Shown: positions 17,598 through 26,122 of the stretch, piece by piece
How positions within the stretch are numbered: the stretch's first letter is position 1
How the letters are laid out: the number at the start of each line of letters is the position of its first letter
DNA from: a virus
Lineage: Duplodnaviria > Caudoviricetes
IMG/VR virus record: IMGVR_UViG_3300012942_000004
Coordinates: 1-58,954 of that record
DNA: 58,954 nucleotides
Direction: 5' to 3' (one strand)
Translations under genes and position numbers: made by a program
The notes under the pieces: generated by a model
The model's input: the letters and a program-made list of their open reading frames with translations, nothing else
What the model was told of the DNA's origin: nothing
The model's database searches: none

Positions 17598-19322
17598 CTA
17601 GGAAATCGGTGGGATTCCGAATTGGACTCCAGCTCCGTTGTAATTAGGTGAAGTTGACGCATTCGGGTAGACAATGGTAACATCGCCTGTTGCACCCGCG
17701 GTGTCCATTTCTTTCGTTGCGGTGACGAGCGTGTGGATTTCGGGCGACGTTCCCTGCTGAACAAAGAACCATTCGGTTGCCCCGGTCAGAGACGTTACAT
17801 CGGTCTCCGTCCCAGTTGTCGCCTCGAAGCCAATTGTCAGTGCAACAGAACTGTCATTGGTAGTGGTCACGCTTGGCGCAATAGTGGTTGCCGGTGCGGC
17901 GGAAGTACGCAGCCCCACGGTACCAATATCCCACGTAGAAACGTTAGCACCAGTTCCCCAGATCAGGTTTGTCTGGGAACCGTTTGTTGCAGAGTCGATT
18001 GCGAACGTGTAGGTCGAGTCACCAGACTCTCGCATCTTACCCCACACGATTGCGTAACGCGTTCCAAAGTGGCCAGCGTCAGCCATCACGGTCCAGCCAG
18101 AAGGCGTTGCCGGTGCTGCTCCAATTGCGCCCATGAATGTCATGAGCATCCAGTCACCGGTCTGAAGCGCGGTACCGCCAGAAGGCGTCGTCGGGTCAAC
18201 TGTCACAGACGAAACGCTCGCGCCATTGCGAACCGTAACCCAACCGTCAGTGGTCGGAAGCGTCGGTCCAGGCGGTGTGGAGGAAAGGCGGATCACCCGG
18301 TCACCGAGAACGATGTCAGACGGCGTTGACGTACCGGTGCCAGTGGTGTCCTCCCAGTCAACGAACACATCCGTGCGAGTAGTGGGACGAGAAGGCCAGC
18401 CAGAGTTGTACAGAACAGTGAACCGCGTTCCCGCGACAGCACCGGCGTACCCCGAGTCAAGCTTACCTGCGAGTTCTGCGGTCGTCTCAGCGGCATCCGC
18501 AGCCGTTCCAGCCGTAGTTCCGATCACAAGGGTGGACGCACCAACATCCGCAGCAGTAAGGGTCACGTCAGAAGACAGCGGCTTTCCGTTCACGCTCCTA
18601 GTCGTAGGAACCGCAGACACATCAGCAGCAGCAAGGGTTACATTACCCGTAAGTGGCTTACTGTTGATCGTGGTTGAAGTGGGAACCGCAGAGAGGTCAG
18701 ATGCCGTCAGGGTAATATCGGCCGAGAGCGCCTTCCCGTTAATCGCACGGGAGTCGGGGACAGCGCCCAGGTCGGCAGCGGCGATTGTCACATCCGAACT
18801 CAGCGCCTTACCGTTGACGGTACGCGAAGTCGGGACCGCGGAAAGATCGGCTGCTGCAAGAGTTACGTCAGAAGAAAGAGCTTTGCCGTTCACTTTACGG
18901 GTGTTCGGAACAACATCAGCAGTATTGGCCTTTGCCGCAAGGGCCGAAGAGTCAGCCTTGTTGCCCAGGGCTGATGATACGGCAGCAGCGTCTGCTGCGG
19001 TACCAGCGGTGGTTCCAATGACAAGCGTCGATGCACCCACGTCAGAGGCACTGAGGTTCACATCAGCAGAAAGCGGTTTCCCATTCACTGTGCGAGTTAC
19101 CGGAACCGCGTTGTCGGCCTTGGTGCCCTGAGCGCTTGTAGCCGCCCCAACATCAGAAGCAGTAAGGTTTACTGCACCCGTCTTGCCGTTGACAGAATCG
19201 ACAGCGCCACCACCCCCGCCTCCACCGGGAATCGGTCCAATGACGACATACGGCTTCGGGTCGGCACCCTGGTAGTCATCCGCGTCAACCTGGGTCAGCT
19301 TGATCGGTTTGGGCGCGACCAT
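17598..19322 (-). CDS. virion fibre protein
   Basis: VDSVNGKTG plus six VP..R.VNGK.L..D.TL.A.D repeats; C-terminal beta domain (GDWMLM, TPSGWT). Confidence 0.8.
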   Translation of the reverse strand: MVAPKPIKLTQVDADDYQGADPKPYVVIGPIPGGGGGGGAVDSVNGKTGAVNLTASDVGAATSAQGTKADNAVPVTRTVNGKPLSADVNLSASDVGASTLVIGTTAGTAADAAAVSSALGNKADSSALAAKANTADVVPNTRKVNGKALSSDVTLAAADLSAVPTSRTVNGKALSSDVTIAAADLGAVPDSRAINGKALSADITLTASDLSAVPTSTTINSKPLTGNVTLAAADVSAVPTTRSVNGKPLSSDVTLTAADVGASTLVIGTTAGTAADAAETTAELAGKLDSGYAGAVAGTRFTVLYNSGWPSRPTTRTDVFVDWEDTTGTGTSTPSDIVLGDRVIRLSSTPPGPTLPTTDGWVTVRNGASVSSVTVDPTTPSGGTALQTGDWMLMTFMGAIGAAPATPSGWTVMADAGHFGTRYAIVWGKMRESGDSTYTFAIDSATNGSQTNLIWGTGANVSTWDIGTVGLRTSAAPATTIAPSVTTTNDSSVALTIGFEATTGTETDVTSLTGATEWFFVQQGTSPEIHTLVTATKEMDTAGATGDVTIVYPNASTSPNYNGAGVQFGIPPIS

Positions 19323-19325
19323 GGG

Positions 19326-19541
19326 CTACTTCTTCCGCGAGGTTGACCTCTTGTTCTTGTTCAACTGAGGGTAGCGCTTGTACACGGCGGCGCGAACCTG
19401 GGCTTCATATTTCGTGCCGCTTGCGCGAGAAAGGGCATTTCGGGCGTGGCTCAGGTCGTTGATGGGAAACTTGCGCTCGGCCGGAACCGCGAAAACACTC
19501 TTTGGGAGTGCCTTGCGCTTCTTCGTGGTGAGAACGGCCAT
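19326..19541 (-). CDS. small basic protein (RK.LP...FA.P..RKFPI.D..HARNAL.R type)
   Basis: 71 aa, strongly basic; motif recurs in phage morphogenesis regions. Confidence 0.75.
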   Translation of the reverse strand: MAVLTTKKRKALPKSVFAVPAERKFPINDLSHARNALSRASGTKYEAQVRAAVYKRYPQLNKNKRSTSRKK

Positions 19542-19543
19542 GA

Positions 19544-20347
19544 TTAGGACGTAACCGTGATCGCGAGAGCCGTGGACGAAACCAGCGAGTACTTCTCGGT
19601 TGCCGTGATGTTCGCGGTACCGGCAGCGAGCGCGGTCACAACACCATTGGCGTCAACCGAAGCAATATCCGGAGCACTCGAAGTCCACGAGAACCAACCC
19701 GGGTAACCAGTGAACTCGGCCGGAACATCATACAGCTTGCGACCCGTGACATACGTGGACAGCGGCGTCTTGCCACCGACCGCATAATCAGCGGTTCCCA
19801 CCGGAGCCGGGGTCGTGACGGTTGCCACACCGACGATCAGGTCAGCGTAGATGTCACCCTGGGGCTGGAAGGTGATCGCGTATTTGAAGTTGTTCTCACC
19901 GGTGACCGAATCAGCCCAGCCGTCCGAGATGACCTTGTATACCTGCCAGAACTCGCCAGCAGCGGCATTGTGGTTCGTCTCGGGAGTAAGCTCGCCGTCA
20001 ACCTTCAGAAGCAGGTAACCCAGCGTCAGCGGCTCCTCGAAAGCCTGGAAGGTGATCAGGTTTCCGTCAGTCGTGTCGGTGTAGTTGCTCGGGTAGAAGA
20101 GTGAGATCGCGCCACCGAACTGAGCGAAGCCACGAGCCTGAACGTTGCCCTTGTCGGCAATCGACGGGTCGGAGTTCGTATTCGAGGCCTGGGTTCCGAA
20201 GCCAAACGAGTCCCATGCCACAGAGCGCGTCACATCGACAGTCGCGTTGATCTCAGCGGGGGTCGGGTTCGCGGGGTTCGCAGCGAAGTTAGGGAGACCC
20301 CAGCGGATTACAAAATTACCAGCAGCGTAAAGCTTATTCTCAGCCAT
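19544..20347 (-). CDS. major tail (tube) protein with C-terminal Ig-like domain
   Basis: P.NPTPAEINA N-terminal motif; WTSSAPDIASVDANGVVTA Big_2-type domain. Confidence 0.85.
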   Translation of the reverse strand: MAENKLYAAGNFVIRWGLPNFAANPANPTPAEINATVDVTRSVAWDSFGFGTQASNTNSDPSIADKGNVQARGFAQFGGAISLFYPSNYTDTTDGNLITFQAFEEPLTLGYLLLKVDGELTPETNHNAAAGEFWQVYKVISDGWADSVTGENNFKYAITFQPQGDIYADLIVGVATVTTPAPVGTADYAVGGKTPLSTYVTGRKLYDVPAEFTGYPGWFSWTSSAPDIASVDANGVVTALAAGTANITATEKYSLVSSTALAITVTS

Positions 20348-20357
20348 CTATCTTCTC

Positions 20358-20903
20358 CTACGCGCTCGGGTGAATGTTCCAGGCAATCGCGCCTCCGGCA
20401 TAGAGAAGCGTGCTACTGATCTGAGCCGGTGCACTCTGGTCGGTGACCAGGACCGGGTTGTCCGTGTTGAACTGCACCATCTTGATCACGTGATCAGTCG
20501 TGAAGTCAACATCCTGACTCAGGTCCGGACCGGTACGGGAAATCAGGTAATACGGAATGTCGGGACGACCGATGAACGCCACAAGCTTGTTGTACAGCGA
20601 CGTGTAGTCTGGCGTGGAGCCGCTACCACCCGAGTTCTTCTCAAGAAGCCCCTGAAGCTGGGCGGTTGGGTTCTGGAAGGTCGGAGTGGACTCGTTGCCT
20701 CGCGAACAGAACGTCACCGTGTTGTCGGTGTCCGAGTCGCCAAGGGTGAGGGTCGTATTATCCTCGGTCAGCGCGCACGAGAACAGGTGGACCATTCGAC
20801 GGTCGTTCAGTTCATCGACCTTCGGGTCCAGCGGGTCATCAAACGCCGCCTGGTAGGCGAGCGCCCAGGTCTGATTCGGGCGACTAAGACGAGTGTACGC
20901 CAC
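20358..20903 (-). CDS. second tail tube-like protein
   Basis: DPLDPKVDELN..FSCAL..LGDSDTD...FC pattern of actinophage tube proteins; AAGGAG SD. Confidence 0.75.
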   Translation of the reverse strand: MAYTRLSRPNQTWALAYQAAFDDPLDPKVDELNDRRMVHLFSCALTEDNTTLTLGDSDTDNTVTFCSRGNESTPTFQNPTAQLQGLLEKNSGGSGSTPDYTSLYNKLVAFIGRPDIPYYLISRTGPDLSQDVDFTTDHVIKMVQFNTDNPVLVTDQSAPAQISSTLLYAGGAIAWNIHPSA

Positions 20904-20906
20904 CGC

Positions 20907-21119
20907 TTACTCCTTTTCCTCTGATTCGGGGGCCGGAGTATCCACCGGCTGACGGTTACCGTCGCTATCGACGGTATAAGGCTGAGACAAAACCTCTGGC
21001 TTGTCTGACTTGACTTCCACCAGGTGATCCCTGTACACTGGGTGATGAAGGTAGCGAGCCGGGAGAAGTGCGGTGATGCCACTGATGGTATTCCGCAGAA
21101 GCTTGAGTTCTTTAGCCAT
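20907..21119 (-). CDS. hypothetical virion-region protein
   Basis: MAKELKLLRNTISG..., downstream of a TAGAAT -10 box. Confidence 0.65.
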   Translation of the reverse strand: MAKELKLLRNTISGITALLPARYLHHPVYRDHLVEVKSDKPEVLSQPYTVDSDGNRQPVDTPAPESEEKE

Positions 21120-21140
21120 AATCACTTCCAATTCTATCAG

Positions 21141-21614
21141 TTAGGAAACATTCCCGACATCATCCACATTCGTGTTGAAGCGGAATGAACAGATGCCCAG
21201 AAACGCCAGCGGAACAGAGTTGTTCTGCGGCAGAACAAAGACGCCCCCCCCAAAAGCTTTCGACAATTGACCGGTGTTGGGGAACCTCTTTCCAAGAAGC
21301 AGCCGGTTCACGCGAGACATCAGACCCCGGGCATCCCCATCGGAGTCTTCCTTATCTGGGCCACTGACGCAGATTGCATCCAGGTACGAGTAGTAGCCGT
21401 CGTAAAGCGCGCCGCCGACATTACCATCCTTGCTCGCTGGCATCTCATCAGAGAACCGCAGCACTACGTACGGGTCAACCACACCATTGCGCTGAATGAC
21501 CGTCGTCGCATCCGGAACGCCTCCCGTGAGGACATTCCAGTTCAGGTTTGCCCTCAGATAGTCCCTGATACCGTTCTGCGTGTCAACAAGATCGTGGCCT
21601 ACAGGATCACTCAT
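21141..21614 (-). CDS. tail terminator-like protein
   Basis: PYVVLRF motif; position before the tube genes. Confidence 0.7.
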   Translation of the reverse strand: MSDPVGHDLVDTQNGIRDYLRANLNWNVLTGGVPDATTVIQRNGVVDPYVVLRFSDEMPASKDGNVGGALYDGYYSYLDAICVSGPDKEDSDGDARGLMSRVNRLLLGKRFPNTGQLSKAFGGGVFVLPQNNSVPLAFLGICSFRFNTNVDDVGNVS

Positions 21615-21970
21615 GCCCAGTCCCTCAACACTTCCTCAGCCTCATCCAGGGACGCGCGGAGGGAGAACATGCCCTCGATGTGCTTACCGCCGATGTGATC
21701 GAAGCCGTACTCCTGGTAGTAGAAGTAGTCTTCTGGTGTGTCCAACCATCCCCACTCGCCGGTAATGGTCTTCTCCGTGCGAGTAGTCTTGCCGCTGATC
21801 TCTGCGCGCATATGACCGGTTTCCACACGCTGCTGGCGAATCATGGAAGACTGAGCAACGGAAACAGCCTGCTCCATGGTCTGCTCCCAGCCGTCCTCAA
21901 GGTCTTCAATCCACTCCTGAACCTCACCGACAAGCTGGTTGATGTTGCGATTCCAGACTATCCCAGCCAT
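21611..21970 (-). CDS. neck/tail completion protein (HK97 gp10-like)
   Basis: RVETGHMR and YFYYQEYGF motifs. Confidence 0.75.
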   Translation of the reverse strand: MAGIVWNRNINQLVGEVQEWIEDLEDGWEQTMEQAVSVAQSSMIRQQRVETGHMRAEISGKTTRTEKTITGEWGWLDTPEDYFYYQEYGFDHIGGKHIEGMFSLRASLDEAEEVLRDWA

Positions 21971-22458
21971 GTACTCAAGTCCCAATTCCCCCAGTCATAG
22001 TCGGGTCTGTTCTCCATGTTGACGCGACACTTGATCGTCCGTTGCCACCCCATAGACGAGTTCATGGCACCGGTGACGATGTACTGGTAGTTCACCAGTT
22101 GCGGATCGTTGTAGCCGTCAATGCAGACTAGTTCAAGACCCGGCTTCAGGTCGATGGTGAAGTCGTCTTCCAGCCAGTATGGCCACACCTGCACCGTTCG
22201 CACGGTAGTGTCGTTCAGCGTCGTCTTCAGGTCCAGAACATCCTTGATCGGCTGAATCCTGCACCTGCCAGCCCACAGGGGTGTCACAGTCACTGTCGTG
22301 GTCCCCGCGTCGATGTCACGTTCCACATCATTCTGGCTCGGGTCAAGAAGAACCATCGTCGCCTGCTGAAGCCACGGAGTCACCAACGGGCGCATGAAAT
22401 CGGCATAGCCCTTTACGTCGGCATATGCTACATTCGCAATGGTGGGAAAGTCTACCAA
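21958..22458 (-). CDS. head-to-tail stopper-like protein
   Basis: LWAGRCRIQP motif; synteny; start uncertain (TTG 22458 chosen). Confidence 0.65.
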   Translation of the reverse strand: MVDFPTIANVAYADVKGYADFMRPLVTPWLQQATMVLLDPSQNDVERDIDAGTTTVTVTPLWAGRCRIQPIKDVLDLKTTLNDTTVRTVQVWPYWLEDDFTIDLKPGLELVCIDGYNDPQLVNYQYIVTGAMNSSMGWQRTIKCRVNMENRPDYDWGNWDLSTWLG

Positions 22459-22901
22459 CAGGTTGTTCCCCGGAATCTGCGCTGGGCAAGCTCTGGATCG
22501 CAATCCCAGTCGTACGGGTTTCCGAACGGGTACACCACGTCGAAGCCATCAGATGCCGCAGAGGCATCATCGTCGTCCGCGCGGGAGAACCAGAAGTTCG
22601 CCAGGTCTGTCAGGTATTTTGCCCGGTTGTCCGTGATCGCCAGATCGTCGGACTTCCAGGAGACACTACTTGCGGCAACAGCGGCGGCAAGTGTGAGGTA
22701 AGAATAGCCAGCGGCTCGAACAATGGACCCGTCGCTTTGCGTGATGAACGCCTCAAGCTGATCATCCGAGAAATTGGTGTAGTTTCCGTACCCAGCTTCC
22801 GGAGGATCAAGTTCAGTGTACTGCGTGTCACCAATAAGGAAGCGCAGTTCACCAACGGGGGTTTCGGGGTCCGGCGGCGCTACGCCTCTATTCACGCTCA
22901 T
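22452..22901 (-). CDS. head-to-tail adaptor
   Basis: TPVGELRFLIGD and FSDDQLEAF motifs; downstream of the capsid gene. Confidence 0.8.
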   Translation of the reverse strand: MSVNRGVAPPDPETPVGELRFLIGDTQYTELDPPEAGYGNYTNFSDDQLEAFITQSDGSIVRAAGYSYLTLAAAVAASSVSWKSDDLAITDNRAKYLTDLANFWFSRADDDDASAASDGFDVVYPFGNPYDWDCDPELAQRRFRGTTCW

Positions 22902-22929
22902 TACTCTATTCTACCGTAAGCAAGTTTGC

Positions 22930-22994
22930 GACCGGGGGAGCATGGGCCGTCGAGAGGAGGGAGAGAAACGGCCGTGAACGCTACAACCCCGGTC
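22930..22994 (-). ncRNA. candidate hairpin sRNA with CU-rich anti-SD loop
   Basis: TAGACT -10 (23001-23006) 6 nt upstream; stems GACCGGGG/CCCCGGTC, AGCGT/ATGCT and GGCCGT/ACGGCC; loop TTCTCTCCCTCCTCTCG. Confidence 0.6.
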
Positions 22995-23007
22995 TCATCC
23001 AGTCTAC

Positions 23008-23044
23008 AAGAAAGACCCCCAACCCAAACGGATCGGAGGCCTTT
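23008..23044 (-). terminator. intrinsic terminator after the capsid operon
   Basis: GGCCTCCGATCC-GTTT-GGGTTGGGGGTC-TTTCTT; G:U pairs fix the minus orientation. Confidence 0.7.
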
Positions 23045-23058
23045 ACTTGAGGTGAATG

Positions 23059-23286
23059 CTAGGCGATGATTCCAGCAGCCTGCAACGCCGCATACAGGCC
23101 AGCGAAGTCCTGCGTGCCGGGCGCTGCGGCCTTCTTCACGCCCCCAAGGGTGGAAGTTGTCGCAGCGGGAAGCGTGTAGCCACTACCGCCAGGAATGTCA
23201 CCCACAACCTTGTACGGCTTCGGCGTCGGACCAGCATAGTCGTCTGCGTCAACCTGAACGAGGCTAATCGGCTTCGGCTCAGCCAT
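23059..23286 (-). CDS. head fibre/decoration protein
   Basis: YTLPAATTSTLGGVK and L.AALQAAGII head-fibre motifs; directly after the capsid gene. Confidence 0.75.
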   Translation of the reverse strand: MAEPKPISLVQVDADDYAGPTPKPYKVVGDIPGGSGYTLPAATTSTLGGVKKAAAPGTQDFAGLYAALQAAGIIA

Positions 23287-23296
23287 TTACCACTCC

Positions 23297-24460
23297 TTAC
23301 GGGGTAACGGTACCGGTACCGTCCGACCACACAACAGCGTCCTCCGAGAAGAGGCCAGCGTTCGTGAACTGGCGGAACTTCAGGTCAATCGCGTCGTTAT
23401 CGAACGAGTACGCCTGGAACGGGTTCGCGGACGAGCCGCCGCCAAGCGGAGCACCGTTGAAGTTCGACACGTACACCTCGGGGGAAGTGTAACCGGTAAG
23501 CTGAACGCGGATCAGCGCGGGCTTATCGGTCGTGCCGGATTCCGGAACCAGGTACCACGCGTCGTCATCGATCCACTCGGTCTCGATCACGCCGGTGATG
23601 CGGCTCAGCGGGTCAGCGACGGCACCCGGACGGTACTGGATCGCGCCATCGTCAACCGAGAACAGGCCACGAGCAAGCGCCAGGTTCCAGTTGATCGAGT
23701 CTGCGGCACCCTGGGCGACAACCAGACGGAAGCGAGCCGGAACCGGAACGCGGCGACCCCGAGAGTCGGTGCGCTGGCCGATCTGACGCAGGGCCACACG
23801 CAGCGCAGCCGGGCTGGCCGGAGCGTCTGCGGGAACATCCTCGCCGGTCACAATGTCAGTACCAGCGGCAAGCTCGCTAGCGGCGGTGACCCCCTTGGTC
23901 AGTGCGCGGAACACGACGTATGCGTCGGTCTTCACACCCACCTTGAGCATCGCGCCCGGGAAGCTGGAAACAAACGAGAACACATTGTTCAGGCCCTTTT
24001 CCAGCGACCAGCCGACCTTGAAGCCTCGCTTCTCGACGGCGATGTCCGTGGACTCCTGAGTGTAGCCAAACGCGTACTGGTACGTGTCAAGCTCGGCAAC
24101 CTTCGGAGCGATGCCAAGCTGGCCGTCGTTGTCCTTGCCGTACTTCAGGTTGTCGAAGTTCGCCTCAATGGCGAAGAACGTCGCAGGCTCGAAGTCCGGA
24201 ACAAGCTCATCCGTGACAATCGGGCTGAAGTCGGGGATGATCTCGTCGTACTGGGGCAGGTTCCGCAGGTTCACCAGGTGAGTGAACGCGAACGGAGCAT
24301 CGGACGTGGAAAGGGTCTCCTTCAGGTCCGTGCGAGCGCGCTCGCCAGCATAACCGCCAAGCTTTGCCCCCTTGACCATCTCGGACATCCGCAGCAGACC
24401 ACGTTCGGTAACGCGAGGGTCAACGGTCAGGCGACCATCAGCGGTAAGGTCGATAGCCAT
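23297..24460 (-). CDS. major capsid protein
   Basis: 387 aa after scaffold and decoration genes; ETLSTSD, VPDF, KVAELDTY and SFDNDAIDLK Mu-gpT/HK97-fold pattern. Confidence 0.88.
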   Translation of the reverse strand: MAIDLTADGRLTVDPRVTERGLLRMSEMVKGAKLGGYAGERARTDLKETLSTSDAPFAFTHLVNLRNLPQYDEIIPDFSPIVTDELVPDFEPATFFAIEANFDNLKYGKDNDGQLGIAPKVAELDTYQYAFGYTQESTDIAVEKRGFKVGWSLEKGLNNVFSFVSSFPGAMLKVGVKTDAYVVFRALTKGVTAASELAAGTDIVTGEDVPADAPASPAALRVALRQIGQRTDSRGRRVPVPARFRLVVAQGAADSINWNLALARGLFSVDDGAIQYRPGAVADPLSRITGVIETEWIDDDAWYLVPESGTTDKPALIRVQLTGYTSPEVYVSNFNGAPLGGGSSANPFQAYSFDNDAIDLKFRQFTNAGLFSEDAVVWSDGTGTVTP

Positions 24461-24906
24461 TAGAGGTTCGCTCCAATCAGAACCGGGGTGACCGTGCCGA
24501 CGATAACACCGTCATCCACAACACCAATCTTCGTATTGCCCGAAGCCGTCAGCGTGTAGCTGCCATCCGACGCGGACTTGTAAACCGCAGTACCCGCAGC
24601 GGTACCAGCAGTGCCGCTCTCCGGGTTCGTGTCACCAGCGGTAACACCAGCAACAGTCAGAAGCCACGAGCCGTCCACGGCAACAGTTGCCGAGTTCGCC
24701 TTGTTGCCCGCTCCACCGTTCGGGATAGTCCCACCAGTAACGCCGGGAATCCCGGCAGCGGCAGTGGAATCACCACGGGCGGTCAGCGTGATACCAACCT
24801 GGTTCGACACCGGATGGATCACAACCGTACCCGCCTGCGTGCCGGAAGCGACCGGCCACTCGCGCGTCTTGGACTCGGTGTACTTCTTGTACATGTTCGT
24901 AGCCAT
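24460..24906 (-). CDS. capsid decoration/cement protein
   Basis: MATN start, Gly/Thr-rich, LTASGNTKIG; between scaffold and capsid genes. Confidence 0.75.
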   Translation of the reverse strand: MATNMYKKYTESKTREWPVASGTQAGTVVIHPVSNQVGITLTARGDSTAAAGIPGVTGGTIPNGGAGNKANSATVAVDGSWLLTVAGVTAGDTNPESGTAGTAAGTAVYKSASDGSYTLTASGNTKIGVVDDGVIVGTVTPVLIGANL

Positions 24907-25853
24907 TAGAACACCTTCCCAAGGTCAACGGCGTTCACCGTGACACCGGACTCACGAATGTATCCGTTGTCGCCAGCGATGGACTCCTTCAGCGACTCGA
25001 TGAGATCACTCTTGTCCTTGATGGACTCCTTGACATCGGCCTCGGGGTTGGCCCGGACCTCAGCCACAACAGCCTTGACGAGCTTCCGGGGAAGACCGGC
25101 CTCAATGGCCTCGTCGTAAGCTGCCTCAACCGCAGCCGCAACATCTACCTCAGGCTTCTCGGCAGGCTTGAGGGATTCCGCGATAGGGGTGAGCGCATCG
25201 GTCAGAGTCTGAACAGACTTCGCGATGGTATCCACCTTCTCCGCAAGTTCCTCAATCTCCATGTGAGATTTCCTTTCGTTTTTCTTATCGGTGTCAGCGG
25301 CTGGCGCTGTACCCTTTTCATCGGGAGCATCCCTGAAGGATTCCCGCAAAGCTTCAACAATCGCACCCTCAGCACCGGCGACCGTTACCAGGTCAACCGA
25401 GTTCACCGGAGAGGGAATCAGAGATGTGATCTCATTGACGAACTCACCGTCACGCTCAGACTCGGCAACCTCACCCTTGGCGTGGATTGACATTCCCAGG
25501 ATTTCCCGGTACTCTTCAACCAGCGTGCGTGCATCCCCGTAGTTTCCAAACTGCGCATCTGCATATGCACCGTCCGACTCCATTACCGGGTCTGTGGCAA
25601 GGTACCCCGCGATCTTTCGCACGGAGCGTTCGGGAAGCTGGGAAATCTCGTCCTCGGTCGGGTGGTCGAAGTAAATCTTCGTGCCCTTCGGGAAGGCCTT
25701 CGCAACATCGCGAGCAACCGTCTCCCGAGCGTAGAAACCACTAGAACCCTGCACATCGGAGCCGATGATCTTGATGCGATAACGGCCCGGAGTTCCCTCA
25801 ACGGGTGCCGGAAGCGCTGCAAGCGACTCATGCAGGATGATGGGCTTAGTCAT
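24906..25853 (-). CDS. prohead protease/scaffold protein
   Basis: GSSGFY, YFDHPT, GMSI and SVDLVTVAGAEG protease-like N-domain with charged helical C-domain. Confidence 0.82.
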   Translation of the reverse strand: MTKPIILHESLAALPAPVEGTPGRYRIKIIGSDVQGSSGFYARETVARDVAKAFPKGTKIYFDHPTEDEISQLPERSVRKIAGYLATDPVMESDGAYADAQFGNYGDARTLVEEYREILGMSIHAKGEVAESERDGEFVNEITSLIPSPVNSVDLVTVAGAEGAIVEALRESFRDAPDEKGTAPAADTDKKNERKSHMEIEELAEKVDTIAKSVQTLTDALTPIAESLKPAEKPEVDVAAAVEAAYDEAIEAGLPRKLVKAVVAEVRANPEADVKESIKDKSDLIESLKESIAGDNGYIRESGVTVNAVDLGKVF

Positions 25854-25887
25854 AACTGCTTCCCAGTCTACCAAAGCGCAGGCAGAC

Positions 25888-25903
25888 CCGAACAAATGTT
25901 CTA
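25888..25903. promoter_or_regulatory. LexA/SOS-box-like palindrome
   Basis: CCGAACAAATGTTCTA between divergent promoters. Confidence 0.55.
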
Positions 25904-25904
25904 G

Positions 25905-25934
25905 TTGACTCATCCCGTTTCAGTGTGTTACTGT
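25905..25934 (+). promoter_or_regulatory. SigA-type promoter
   Basis: TTGACT-N18-TACTGT upstream of the small ORF at 25973. Confidence 0.55.
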
Positions 25935-25972
25935 CAAAACCTACCCGTTTTTGACCAAAGGAGTCATAGTTG

Positions 25973-26122
25973 ATGACAAACAAGCATCACCAAAAGGTGA
26001 ACACTTTTGTTGGCGGCGGTTTTCTCGCCCCGCTTCTGGCGACTTTCGGAATCGGAGTTCTCTACACGGCAACCTGGGTTGTCGAAAAACTCAACCTCGC
26101 GAACAGGTGGTTTCCGAGATGA
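25973..26122 (+). CDS. 49-aa membrane protein, counter-oriented moron
   Basis: Hand-translated MTNKHHQKVNTFVGGGFLAPLLATFGIGVLYTATWVVEKLNLANRWFPR; AAAGGAG SD; stop abuts the portal stop. Confidence 0.65.
   Translation: MTNKHHQKVNTFVGGGFLAPLLATFGIGVLYTATWVVEKLNLANRWFPR

Noticed and set aside
18226-19131. Long antisense ORFs (e.g. 18226..19131+, 26867..27892+, 13391..14134+, 39671..40471-)
   Set aside because: Shadow frames of real genes in GC-rich DNA, with no motifs or initiation signals
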